NCBI GenBank assembly: GCA_965204755.1
Contig: OZ242011.1
Span: forward strand, 2,208,001-2,272,000
DNA from: Candidatus Marinacidobacterium sp.
Lineage (GTDB): Bacteria > Acidobacteriota > Vicinamibacteria > Marinacidobacterales > Marinacidobacteraceae
Length of the DNA: 64,000 bases
Reading direction: 5' to 3'
Below are positions 9,003-18,243 of this stretch, piece by piece. The notes beneath the pieces are model-generated. The model saw nothing but the letters and a program-made list of their open reading frames with translations, had not been told where the DNA came from and did no database searches. The position numbers and the translations under genes were made by a program. The stretch's first letter is position 1, and every line of letters begins with the position of its first letter.

Positions 9003-10762
9003 CAGGCCTCCCACTGCGGAATGTAGTCGCGCTTCGCCCCCGGCTTCGAGTAGTCGTAGGGCCAGCGGTGGGCCTCGGGTATGTCGCCCTCCCAGTTCCC
9101 GTGCCCCGGCCTCACCGGGGTGGACCACTCGAGGCCGACGGACTCCCAGGGGTTCTCATTCGCTTCGGCGCCGCGTTTCATGCTCGCGAAGTAGTTGTAC
9201 ATGAACAGGATCTGGCCGAGGAACAGGACGAAGGCCGCGAGCGTGATGAACAGGTTCACCGGCTGCAGCGGCTGCAGGAACTCGTAGACATTCGGGTCGT
9301 AGATGCGCCGCATCATCCCGGAGACGCCGAGGTAGTGCATCGGGAAGAAGACCGCGTAGTAGGCGAGGAAGGTGATCCAGAAGTGGATCTTCCCCAGCCT
9401 CTCGTTCAGCAGGCGGCCGAACATCTTGGGGTACCAGTAATAGACCGCGGCGAACGCTCCGAACAGCCCGGCGCCGGCCATGATGAAGTGGAAGTGGCCG
9501 ACGACGAAGTAGGTGTCGTGGAGTTGGATGTCCACGGAGTTCGTCCCCAGGAAGATCCCGGTGAGACCGCCGGTCACGAACAGGGAGACCACGCCCAGCG
9601 CGAACAGGCTGGCGCTGGTGAACCGGATCTTCGCCCGGGCGATGGTGAACAGCCAGTTGAAGGCCTTGACCGCCGACGGGATGGCGATGGCGAGCGTGGT
9701 CACCACGAACAGGCTGCCGAGGAACGGGCTCATCCCGCTCACGAACATGTGGTGGCCCCAGACCAGGAAACTGAGCCCGCCGATCGCCATGATCGCGTAC
9801 ACCATCGAGCGGTAGCCGAAGATCGGCCTCCGGCAGAAAGTGGCGAGGATGTCGGAAGTGAATCCCATCGCCGGCAGCATGATGATGTACACCTCGGGGT
9901 GGCCGAGGAACCAGAACAGGTGCTGCCAGAGCAGCGGCGTGCCGCCTTCGTGGGGCATCAGGGTGTCGCCGATGTAGATCCCGGCGGGAAGGAAGAAACT
10001 CGTCCCGAGCGAGCGGTCGAAGGTGAGCAGCAGCGCGCCGGCGGCGAGCGCCGGGAACGACAGCAGGCCGAGGATCCCCACGACGAACTGCGCCCAGGTG
10101 GTGAGCGGCATCCGCATCATCCGGAGCCCCTTGGTGCGCAGGTTCAGGATGGTGACCACGAAGTTGAGTCCGCCCATCGTGAACGACGCCACGAAGAAGA
10201 TCATCCCGATGAGCCACAGGGTCTGCCCGGCGTCCGAGCCGGGAATGGCGCTTCGGATGGCGGAGAGCGGCGGGTAGGCGGTCCAGCCGGAAGCCGCGGC
10301 GCCTCCTTCCACGAAGAAGGAGATGACGATGATGATCGCGCCGGGAACGACCGTCCAGAACGAGAGCATGTTCAGGAACGGGAACGCCATGTCCCGGGCG
10401 CCGATCTGCAGCGGGATGAGGAAGTTCCCGAAGCCGCTCACCGGCAGGAGCGACAGCAGGAAGAACACCATGATCGTCCCATGCATCGTGAACAGCGACA
10501 CATAGAACTCCGGCGTCATGATGCCGCCGGCCATCCCTACCGGGAACAGGTTCTCCAGGAAGGGCCAGGGACGGGAGGGGAACCCGAGTTGCAGCCGGAT
10601 CAGGACCGCCAGGATTCCACCGATGAGCCCCATCGTCATCGCCAGCGTGAAGTACTGCTTCCCGATCATCTTGTGATCGAAACTGAAGATGTACCGGCTG
10701 ATGAAGGACTGCTTGCCTCCGTGTTCCATCGTGGTTCCTCCGGTCTGGACGCCGGTCGTCAA
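9002..10762 (-). CDS. ctaD: Cytochrome c oxidase subunit I, A1 type
   Basis: TMHGTIM, GARDMAFP, GWTAYPPL, GHPEVY, WGHH, HFH, MRRI. Confidence 0.97.
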   Translation of the reverse strand: MTTGVQTGGTTMEHGGKQSFISRYIFSFDHKMIGKQYFTLAMTMGLIGGILAVLIRLQLGFPSRPWPFLENLFPVGMAGGIMTPEFYVSLFTMHGTIMVFFLLSLLPVSGFGNFLIPLQIGARDMAFPFLNMLSFWTVVPGAIIIVISFFVEGGAAASGWTAYPPLSAIRSAIPGSDAGQTLWLIGMIFFVASFTMGGLNFVVTILNLRTKGLRMMRMPLTTWAQFVVGILGLLSFPALAAGALLLTFDRSLGTSFFLPAGIYIGDTLMPHEGGTPLLWQHLFWFLGHPEVYIIMLPAMGFTSDILATFCRRPIFGYRSMVYAIMAIGGLSFLVWGHHMFVSGMSPFLGSLFVVTTLAIAIPSAVKAFNWLFTIARAKIRFTSASLFALGVVSLFVTGGLTGIFLGTNSVDIQLHDTYFVVGHFHFIMAGAGLFGAFAAVYYWYPKMFGRLLNERLGKIHFWITFLAYYAVFFPMHYLGVSGMMRRIYDPNVYEFLQPLQPVNLFITLAAFVLFLGQILFMYNYFASMKRGAEANENPWESVGLEWSTPVRPGHGNWEGDIPEAHRWPYDYSKPGAKRDYIPQWEA

Positions 10763-11667
10763 CTGGCCGAAGCCGGCCCGTCGGAATCTGGGGGATTCGC
10801 CGCGGGCGCTTCCTCGTCGGAGTCCCCGTCGTCGGAATCCCCGTCATCGGCCACCGGAGGCGCCGGGGCGTTTTCCCGCTGCCACTCCAGGTAGTCCGCT
10901 TCCTCCATCACTTCGAGGAACGCCCGCATCCGGTAGTGGCCGAGGCCGCACAGTTCGGCGCAGGCGACCTCGTAACTGCCGGTCTTGACCGGCGTGAACC
11001 AGACCTCGGTCGTCATCCCGGGAACGAGGTCCTGTTTCACCCGGAAGTTGGGAAGGAACAGGGCGTGCTGCACATCCTTCGACCGCATCAGGATCCGGGC
11101 CGGACGGTTCACCGGGAGCACCAACTGGTTCGTCAGCACCCAGTCGTCGCCGGCGGCGGGGTCGCTCTCGTCGAGCCCGATCTGGTTGTCGATGGCGTAG
11201 AGCGTCGGGTCGAAACTCCCGAACTCGCCGTCGGCGCCCGGATAGTGGAAGTCCCACTGGAACTGCGCGCCGACCGCCATCACGGTGACCGCGTCGTCCG
11301 GCGCCGGCGAGCGCACCCGCTCCCAGTACGCGAGCCCGGTGAAGACGATCGGGATCAGGATGAGCCCGGTGCCGAGCGTCCAGGTCATCTCCAACTTGTG
11401 GCTCTCGTGCCAGTGGCTCGCCGCCGCGTTCGGCCGGTCGCCCCGGTAGCGGTAGATCACATAGCCGAGGACGAGTTGGTACAGGACATACGCGACCCCG
11501 GTGATGCCGAGGATCACATAGTAGAGCGTGTCCAGGTAGCCGCGGTCCGAAGCGAGTTCGGGGACGCCGTAACGGAAGAAGTAGAACACCGAAACGACGA
11601 CGATCACCCAGATCGACGCCGCCATGGCGATCCCCTGGAGGCTGCCGCCTCGCTTCTCGTCAGCCAC
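10759..11667 (-). CDS. ctaC: Cytochrome c oxidase subunit II
   Basis: Two TM helices; DVQH and CuA motif CAELCGLGHYRM. Confidence 0.95.
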   Translation of the reverse strand: MADEKRGGSLQGIAMAASIWVIVVVSVFYFFRYGVPELASDRGYLDTLYYVILGITGVAYVLYQLVLGYVIYRYRGDRPNAAASHWHESHKLEMTWTLGTGLILIPIVFTGLAYWERVRSPAPDDAVTVMAVGAQFQWDFHYPGADGEFGSFDPTLYAIDNQIGLDESDPAAGDDWVLTNQLVLPVNRPARILMRSKDVQHALFLPNFRVKQDLVPGMTTEVWFTPVKTGSYEVACAELCGLGHYRMRAFLEVMEEADYLEWQRENAPAPPVADDGDSDDGDSDEEAPAANPPDSDGPASAS

Positions 11668-11732
11668 TTCGGTTCCTCCGGTGGGTTCTCACGCGGCCCC
11701 GCGGGCCGAGCCGGACTCCGCTTCCCCGCCTG

Positions 11733-14540
11733 TCAGCGGTCGTACTCCATGATGTAGGAAGCGACCGCGCGCATCTGCGCCATCGAGTCGCCTTCCAGGA
11801 TGTCCGGGAGGGCGGTCAGCAGGTTGCCCTCCTGGTCGGTGGGCCAGAACTGCGGCATCTGGGTGCCGGGCGTGATGGTCTGCGGATCGAGCAGCCAGTC
11901 CACGATCCACTCGTGGGTGAGCCGTTCCCCGGAGAGCCGGAAGGAGGGCGCGAGTTGCGACGCTTCCATGGTCCCGGCGGCGGAAGCGATGTGGCACCGC
12001 TCGCACTGCAGGCGGTCCAGCAGGTCGGCGCCGGCGCGAAGTTCCGCCCGGTCGTAGACGCGCTCCCCTTCCGTGTCGAACGGTTGCCCTCCGTCCATCG
12101 CCAGGAAGCCGGACACCAGGGTATTCGCCTCGTCGGCAGTGAACGGGAAGGTCGGCATCCGCGCCTCGAGCCAGAAGCGCACCTCGTCCGGCTCCCTCAG
12201 GAAGTGGTAGAGCCAGTCGGCCTGCGTCCGCTTGCCCTGGGTGTGGAGATCCGGCGGGCGCATCCCGGTGTCTTCGATCGTCTCGTAGATGCCGCCGCCG
12301 ACCCCGTCCACCAGGTGGCAGCCCCGGCAGTTGTAGTTGCGGATCAGGGCGCGGGCGTCTTCCGCCACCGCTTCGGGGCCGGAGAGCGTCTTCACCCCTT
12401 CGAGCGGGAACTCGTCGCGCACCTGGCCGAGGACATTCCGGACGATGTGCCGGCGGTCGCTGTCGGTGAAGTCGAACTGCGGCATCCGCAACTTCTCGCC
12501 CGGACTCCGGACCTTGCCCTCGTCGTAACTCCGGGGAGCGGCGATCTTCTGCTCCAGCCAAGCCTGGCGGGTGTGCGGGATGTCCACATACCCGAAGTCG
12601 AGCCGCGTGACCATCTTGGAGCCCCAGGAAGACAGGTCCACCCCGATCTTCTGCGCCTCCTCGAACCCGGCGATGTCGTGGCATCCGAAGCAGCCGTAGC
12701 GGAGGATGAGCCGCTCGCCCGAGAAGAGCAGTTTCTCTTCTTCGGACATCGCCGCGAGGCGTTCGTCCGCGAGCGCGTCCGGCAGGTTCGTCTTGAGGAA
12801 CTCCCGGGTGAGGGCGTCGAGTTCGGCGCCGTCCGCCCGGGGCGTCTCCGAAGCGGAGAACGCCTCGTTCCCGAGGCCCGTCAGGAACGCGGTGATGTCC
12901 GCGGCCTCGCCGTCGGTGAGCCGCAGGCTGGGCATGAAGGTCTCGTCCCAGTAGTGGCGGGGGTCCTTCACCCACTCGTACAGGAACCCGGCGTCCAACT
13001 TGGCGCCGGTCCCGGCGAGGGCCGGCCCGCGCCGCCGGTAGATGCTGGCCCGGTCGAACCCGGACTCGTCGAGCAGGTGGCAACCCTGGCAACCGAGGGC
13101 CGCCACGAGGGTCTCGCCCCGGGCCGCGTTCCCGCGGGGCGGGGCGGCGTACGCCCGCGCCGGCTCGGACTTCGCGAAGACATATTCGACGATCGCCGCG
13201 ACTTCGGTGTCGTTCCTGGCCTGATGGGTTTCGTCGGCGTTGTTGCCGAGATCCCAGAAGGTCGGCATCCAGGTCGAGGGACGGAAGGCCTTGGGGTTCT
13301 TCACCCAGCGGGCGGCGAAGGCCTTGTCGGTCTTGCTCGCGATCCGCTCCAGGGACGGTCCGCGCTTCCGGCGGTCTTCGTAGCCGGTCGTGTTGTGGCA
13401 CCCCCAGCAGCCGGCCAACTCGTAGGTCAGGCGGCTCTGGTTCAGGTCCCGGGCCTGGGGCAGGAAGACCTGGTCCCGGTGGCACTTGATGCAGCCCGCT
13501 TCCGTGATGTTGGCCGGGTACATCGGGCTGTCCCAGTAGTGGTCTTCCTTCCAGCCGTAGCGCTCCACCCATTCGCGCTCCTCCTCGGGAGACTCCGGGG
13601 TGTGGGTCGCGCCGCTGAAACTGAGTTTCAGACCGCGGCCCAGGTGGCAGGAGGTGCAGCCGAAGTCGTCCACCGGATGGAAGGACTCGCGGCTGACGAA
13701 GGCCTCGAGGTTCGGATGGGCGGTGAACGGCTGGGGCGCGTCCGCGTAGTCCGGGTTGTCGATCCCGAGGTGACAACTCTGGCACCGGTCTATGCGGGGC
13801 ACCTGCGCGAAGTTGAGTTCGCGGGTCACATTCCGGACGAGCACCTGCTGGACCTCGATGGACGGGTCGATGAAGTCCACGATCGGGAGGTTCCGGAAGG
13901 TGTTGGGGAAGTTGTCGGCGAGGCTGTCCAGTTTGCGCCGGGCCAGGGTCACCGCCTGCGTGAGCCGCTCCCGCTCGGAGGTCATCTCGGTGACCCGCGA
14001 ACGCAGGGCCCGGCGGGCGGCGCGCTTCTCGGTCAGTTCGTGGTCGAGGGACACCCGGGCGTCGCGGGCCTCGAAGAAACCGTTCTCCAGCGCCGTGAAC
14101 TCCTCCTCGGACACCGCCCGGCCGAGCGGCGTGCCGCGCACGCGCGTCTCCTCGAAGTAGAACTTGTCGGAGTCGTACACCGCCTTGATCTCCCGCTCGC
14201 GGATGTCGGCGAGAGTGCGTTCCTCTTCGAGTCCGGCGATCTCGGCCTCCACCGCGTCGAGCGCTCCCTGCTCCGAGGCGAGAGCGGCCTCGGCCTCGGC
14301 GAGTTCCGTCTGCACCCGCTCGAACTCCGTCCGATCGATCCCCGCCTGCGCTTCCTGCATCTGCCGCGCGGTCAGGTCCCGCTCCATCTCGACGAACTGC
14401 CGCTGGTAGGTCTTCCATTCCCGCGAGTAGTCGGCCCAGACCATCCAACCGGTGGAGAAGAGCAGGAGCACGCTGGAGGCCGCGAAGAGCACATGCAGCC
14501 GGCTGATGTCGTGCGCGTGGCCCGGCTTCACATTCGACAC
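11733..14540 (-). CDS. Membrane-anchored octaheme cytochrome c
   Basis: N-terminal TM, coiled-coil-like segment, eight CxxCH (CQSCH, CTSCH, CIKCH, CWGCH, CQGCH, CFGCH, CRGCH, CERCH). Confidence 0.92.
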   Translation of the reverse strand: MSNVKPGHAHDISRLHVLFAASSVLLLFSTGWMVWADYSREWKTYQRQFVEMERDLTARQMQEAQAGIDRTEFERVQTELAEAEAALASEQGALDAVEAEIAGLEEERTLADIREREIKAVYDSDKFYFEETRVRGTPLGRAVSEEEFTALENGFFEARDARVSLDHELTEKRAARRALRSRVTEMTSERERLTQAVTLARRKLDSLADNFPNTFRNLPIVDFIDPSIEVQQVLVRNVTRELNFAQVPRIDRCQSCHLGIDNPDYADAPQPFTAHPNLEAFVSRESFHPVDDFGCTSCHLGRGLKLSFSGATHTPESPEEEREWVERYGWKEDHYWDSPMYPANITEAGCIKCHRDQVFLPQARDLNQSRLTYELAGCWGCHNTTGYEDRRKRGPSLERIASKTDKAFAARWVKNPKAFRPSTWMPTFWDLGNNADETHQARNDTEVAAIVEYVFAKSEPARAYAAPPRGNAARGETLVAALGCQGCHLLDESGFDRASIYRRRGPALAGTGAKLDAGFLYEWVKDPRHYWDETFMPSLRLTDGEAADITAFLTGLGNEAFSASETPRADGAELDALTREFLKTNLPDALADERLAAMSEEEKLLFSGERLILRYGCFGCHDIAGFEEAQKIGVDLSSWGSKMVTRLDFGYVDIPHTRQAWLEQKIAAPRSYDEGKVRSPGEKLRMPQFDFTDSDRRHIVRNVLGQVRDEFPLEGVKTLSGPEAVAEDARALIRNYNCRGCHLVDGVGGGIYETIEDTGMRPPDLHTQGKRTQADWLYHFLREPDEVRFWLEARMPTFPFTADEANTLVSGFLAMDGGQPFDTEGERVYDRAELRAGADLLDRLQCERCHIASAAGTMEASQLAPSFRLSGERLTHEWIVDWLLDPQTITPGTQMPQFWPTDQEGNLLTALPDILEGDSMAQMRAVASYIMEYDR

Positions 14541-14577
14541 GGGAGTTCCTCGGTTCTCGGATGGCCCTTCGACGGCG

Positions 14578-15699
14578 TCAGATGTTGAAGAAGATCTCCG
14601 GGAAGGCGACGATGTACTTCAGGTTGAACGCCCACCGCAGGTACATCTTGATGGGGAGGCTCATCATCATCAGGAACAGGCTGACACCCACATAGTAGCG
14701 GGGGGCGCCCATCTTCTCGTAGTACTTGCGGAGGCTCAGCCACTTCAGCCCGGTCGGGAAGCGTTCCTTCGGCCAGGACATCACCACGGGAAGCGCGAAC
14801 ACATAGGCCCCCACCAGGAGGACGCCCAACCACTCCCTCATGAGCGCGGCGGCGAATCCGCCGGAAGGCAACGGCCGCCCGAGCAGTTTCACCCAGAAGA
14901 AGTCGGAGACATTGACATTCAGGAGCGGCTCGACCCGGTGCACATCCCAGTACTCGTAGGGGCCGAAGAAGTTCCAGTTCGGCCCCCTCAGGAAGGTGCC
15001 GGAGATCACCAGCAGGCTCCAGAGGATCAAGAAGCCGTAGAGGAAGACCACGATCTCCGCCTTGCGCTCGCGGAAGGTGTAGTAGCCGTTGCCCTTCGGG
15101 TTCGTGTCGATGTAGGGGATCGCGATCAGCCCCACGATGATGAGCGTCGGATAGACCACGCCCGCGAGCCAGGGGTCGAAATAGACCAGCATCTCCTGGA
15201 GCCCGAGGAAGTACCAAGGCGCCTTCGAGGGGTTCGGGGAGTCCGCCGGGTTGGCCGGCTGTTCGAGCGGCGCCGCCGCCAGGATGGACCACACCAGCAG
15301 CACGATGCTGAGCAGCACCATCGCCAGCATCTCGGTGTACACCAGGTCCGGCCACACCCAGACCTTCCCGGACTCCTTCTTCTCGAGGACTTCGCCGCCC
15401 CCCCCGCTCCGCTCGTCGTTGCGGGTTCCTTGGTACATCGCGAACCAGGTGAAGAAGAGGACCAGGAACAGGACGCCGGTGATCGGCACATTGTCCGGTT
15501 TGGCGACGATCAGGAAGAAGTTCGGATCCCACATGCTCGCCACATAGAACACGGCGAGGACGGCGAAGAAGATCCGGGCGGAGGTGAGGCTCCAGACCTG
15601 GGTGAACCGGAATGCGGCCAGCAGGCCCACGGTGGTGATCGTGAACAGCACGGTGGGCCCGGAGGCCCAGTTCACGAGGTCCCGGAAGAGGTCGAGCAC
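14578..15699 (-). CDS. Cytochrome b C-terminal (subunit IV-like) protein with extra TM helices
   Basis: VWPDLV, APLEQPANP...PNPSKAPWYFLGLQE (PEWY-equivalent), IPYID. Confidence 0.88.
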   Translation of the reverse strand: MLDLFRDLVNWASGPTVLFTITTVGLLAAFRFTQVWSLTSARIFFAVLAVFYVASMWDPNFFLIVAKPDNVPITGVLFLVLFFTWFAMYQGTRNDERSGGGGEVLEKKESGKVWVWPDLVYTEMLAMVLLSIVLLVWSILAAAPLEQPANPADSPNPSKAPWYFLGLQEMLVYFDPWLAGVVYPTLIIVGLIAIPYIDTNPKGNGYYTFRERKAEIVVFLYGFLILWSLLVISGTFLRGPNWNFFGPYEYWDVHRVEPLLNVNVSDFFWVKLLGRPLPSGGFAAALMREWLGVLLVGAYVFALPVVMSWPKERFPTGLKWLSLRKYYEKMGAPRYYVGVSLFLMMMSLPIKMYLRWAFNLKYIVAFPEIFFNI

Positions 15700-15756
15700 G
15701 CGGCTGCGGTGGGTCTTCGGCGGGTCGCTGAGCGGTTTTCGGACGGATCTCCCCGG

Positions 15757-16557
15757 CTACATCGGGCCGGAGATTCCCCCGTCCTTCCGCACGCGCCAGA
15801 AATGCACCGCCATGAGCACGGCGGCGATGAGCGGGAGCCCGACGCAGTGGAGCACATAGAAGCGCAGCAGCGTCGGTTGGCCGACGGACTGCGCGCCGAG
15901 CAGCGCGAAACGCGCGTCGTTGCCGGCGTTGATCAGGTTGATGTCCCCGAGCGTGAGCGACGCCGAGAGCGGCCCCTCCGTGCCGAGCAGCGGCGTCGCC
16001 CGCGCCATGTTGGAGCCCACGGTGATCGCCCAGATCGCCAGTTGGTCCCACGGCAGCAGGTAGCCGGTGAACGACAGGAGCATGGTGAGCACCAGGAGCA
16101 CGACGCCGACTCCCCAGTTGAACTCGCGCGGCGGCTTGTACGAGCCGGTCATGAACACCCGCAGCATGTGGAGCCAGACGGTGATCACCATCGCGTGGGC
16201 GCCCCAGCGATGGAGTTCCCGCATGATGCCGAGCGGCACATGCTCCTGGAGGTCCACGATGTCCGCGTACGCGTATTCCACCGTGGGCCGGTAGTAGAAC
16301 ATGAGGAGCAGCCCGGTGAAGGTCAGGACCAGGAACAGGAAGAAGGTGATCCCGCCCATGCACCAGGTGTAGCGCAGTTTGATGCCGGCTTTGCGCGACT
16401 TGACCGGGTGCAGGTGCAAGAACACATTGCTCATCATCACCAGCGCCCGGTTCCGGTTGCTGACCGGCTTTCCGTGGCGGAAGACGGACGACCAGATCTG
16501 CGAGTCCGTCGCTTCTTTCCACGCGGCGCCCAAGGCGTCCGTGATTCGTTTCAGCAC
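15757..16557 (-). CDS. Cytochrome b6-like N-terminal subunit
   Basis: [42 protein letters not shown]. Confidence 0.95.
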   Translation of the reverse strand: MLKRITDALGAAWKEATDSQIWSSVFRHGKPVSNRNRALVMMSNVFLHLHPVKSRKAGIKLRYTWCMGGITFFLFLVLTFTGLLLMFYYRPTVEYAYADIVDLQEHVPLGIMRELHRWGAHAMVITVWLHMLRVFMTGSYKPPREFNWGVGVVLLVLTMLLSFTGYLLPWDQLAIWAITVGSNMARATPLLGTEGPLSASLTLGDINLINAGNDARFALLGAQSVGQPTLLRFYVLHCVGLPLIAAVLMAVHFWRVRKDGGISGPM

Positions 16558-16582
16558 TCTCTCGCCTTGCGGTTCGCGCCGA

Positions 16583-17230
16583 CTAGATCAGCGGGAGGAA
16601 GGAGGCCGGGTCCTCCCATTGGCCGGCTTCGAACTTGAACAGCCGCGACTTGTCGATCAGGAGTTGTCCGTCGTCGGCCAGACCGACTCCCACCCGCTCG
16701 AGCGGACGGGGCGCCGGCCCTTCGAAGTTGATTCCGGTGGCGTAGAAGCCGCTCCCGTGGCAGGGGCACTTGAACTTCGCTTCCGCTTCCAGCCAGTTGG
16801 GAGTGCAGCCCAAGTGGGTGCAGATCGTCGAGAGGGCGTAGATCTTCTCCTCGTCGCGGACGATCCAGACCTGGTAGCGCTCCTTGAAGCGGGTGTCCAC
16901 CACGCCGATGGCGAAGTCGTCGGGGAGGCCGGCCTTGAAGGTGGACGGCGGCTCCGTCAGCACATTGGGGAAGAGGAACCGCCCGACCGCGGTCAAGCCG
17001 AGCGCCATGGCGCCGGTGAACACCCCCCACGCCACGGCGAGGAACGGGAATTCCCGCCGGGTGACCTTCTTCGCGGCGGGCTTGGCGCCCGGTTTACCGG
17101 CCGCGGGCTTCGCCGCCGCGGCTGCGCCGGGCTTGGCCCCCACGGCGCCGGCGGCCTTCTCCGCGGGCGCTGCGGCCTTCGGCGCCGCCTCCGACCCGGA
17201 GGCCGAAGAGGGGTTCGGAGCGTCCGGCAT
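16583..17230 (-). CDS. Rieske 2Fe-2S subunit
   Basis: Tat-like TRREF plus TM; CTHLGC; CPCHGSGF; GPAPRPL; Ala/Lys/Pro-rich N-extension. Confidence 0.95.
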   Translation of the reverse strand: MPDAPNPSSASGSEAAPKAAAPAEKAAGAVGAKPGAAAAAKPAAGKPGAKPAAKKVTRREFPFLAVAWGVFTGAMALGLTAVGRFLFPNVLTEPPSTFKAGLPDDFAIGVVDTRFKERYQVWIVRDEEKIYALSTICTHLGCTPNWLEAEAKFKCPCHGSGFYATGINFEGPAPRPLERVGVGLADDGQLLIDKSRLFKFEAGQWEDPASFLPLI

Positions 17231-17349
17231 GATCGAGAAGGATCCGGCCGGCCAGAGCGCCGGCGGGCCGCCGATTTTACCCAACTCCCCGCCGTTCCGG
17301 TACCCGGCGGCCGGAGCGGAACCCGGTCGGTCCGCCCGGCGCCCGGGGG

Positions 17350-18243
17350 CTACCGGGGCGTCGGACGGTCGCCGGCGAGCGCCGCGAGCGCCGCTTCGCG
17401 CACGCGCAACTCGGGGTCGGAATCCCCGACGCGCCGCAGGGCCTCGCGGACCGCCGGGGAGTCCAGCGCCCCGGCGGCGCGCACGGCGGCGAGCCGGGCC
17501 GCGGCCCGTTCGCCGTCCGTCATGCCGGGCGCCGCGGCCCAGAAGTCCGGCGCCATCATGCCCAGCAGTCGGCCCTCGCTTGCGGGGTCGCCGAGCCGGG
17601 CGAGCGCCACCACGGCGTTCGTCGAGACATCGAGCACCGGGTCGTCGGCCGCCCGGAGCAGGGCCTCGCGCGCGCCGGGGCCGCCGACCGCGCCGAGGCC
17701 GTACACCGCCATGGTGCGGAGTCCGGCGTCCTCCGCCCGGCTGGCTTCGACGAGCGCCGCGGAGGCCGGTTCGCCGCCGACCGCGCCGAGGGCCCAGGCG
17801 GCATAGACCCGAACGGTGTCGTCCGGATCGGAGAGCGCCGGGACGAGCGCCGGCGCGGCCGCCGGATCGCCGAGGGTTCCGAGCGCGAGCGCCAGGTACT
17901 GCCGGAGGAACGGCTCGGCGCCCGAGTCCGCCGAGGCCTCGAGGAAGGCGTCCACCAAGTCCGGGCCCAGGGCGGCGAATTCGGCGGGCTCGCCGTGCTG
18001 GATGCGGTTCGCCAATTCGAAGGCCGCCTGCCGTTTCTCCCGGCTGCCGCCGCTGCGCAACTGCTGCAGGTAGTCCGCGGCGGTGGTGTCGTCCGACACC
18101 AGCCAGGCGAAACCGAGGAACAGGCCGACGCCGATGACGACCACGCCCATCGGGATGACGAAGAACTGGAGCAGCGTCCGGGCGAAGGACGCCGCCGGCG
18201 GTCCGGTCTCGGCCGGCGGCGGCGGGGGGGAGGATTCGGTCAC
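17350..18243 (-). CDS. Membrane-anchored HEAT/PBS-lyase-like repeat protein
   Basis: One TM helix, then repeats such as LSDPDDTVRVYAAWALG and DSDPELRVREAALAAL; GTG overlaps the upstream stop. Confidence 0.85.
   Translation of the reverse strand: MTESSPPPPPAETGPPAASFARTLLQFFVIPMGVVVIGVGLFLGFAWLVSDDTTAADYLQQLRSGGSREKRQAAFELANRIQHGEPAEFAALGPDLVDAFLEASADSGAEPFLRQYLALALGTLGDPAAAPALVPALSDPDDTVRVYAAWALGAVGGEPASAALVEASRAEDAGLRTMAVYGLGAVGGPGAREALLRAADDPVLDVSTNAVVALARLGDPASEGRLLGMMAPDFWAAAPGMTDGERAAARLAAVRAAGALDSPAVREALRRVGDSDPELRVREAALAALAGDRPTPR

Noticed and set aside
9068-16638. Long plus-strand ORFs opposite the respiratory genes
   Set aside because: They are antisense shadows expected from high GC3 and carry no motifs.
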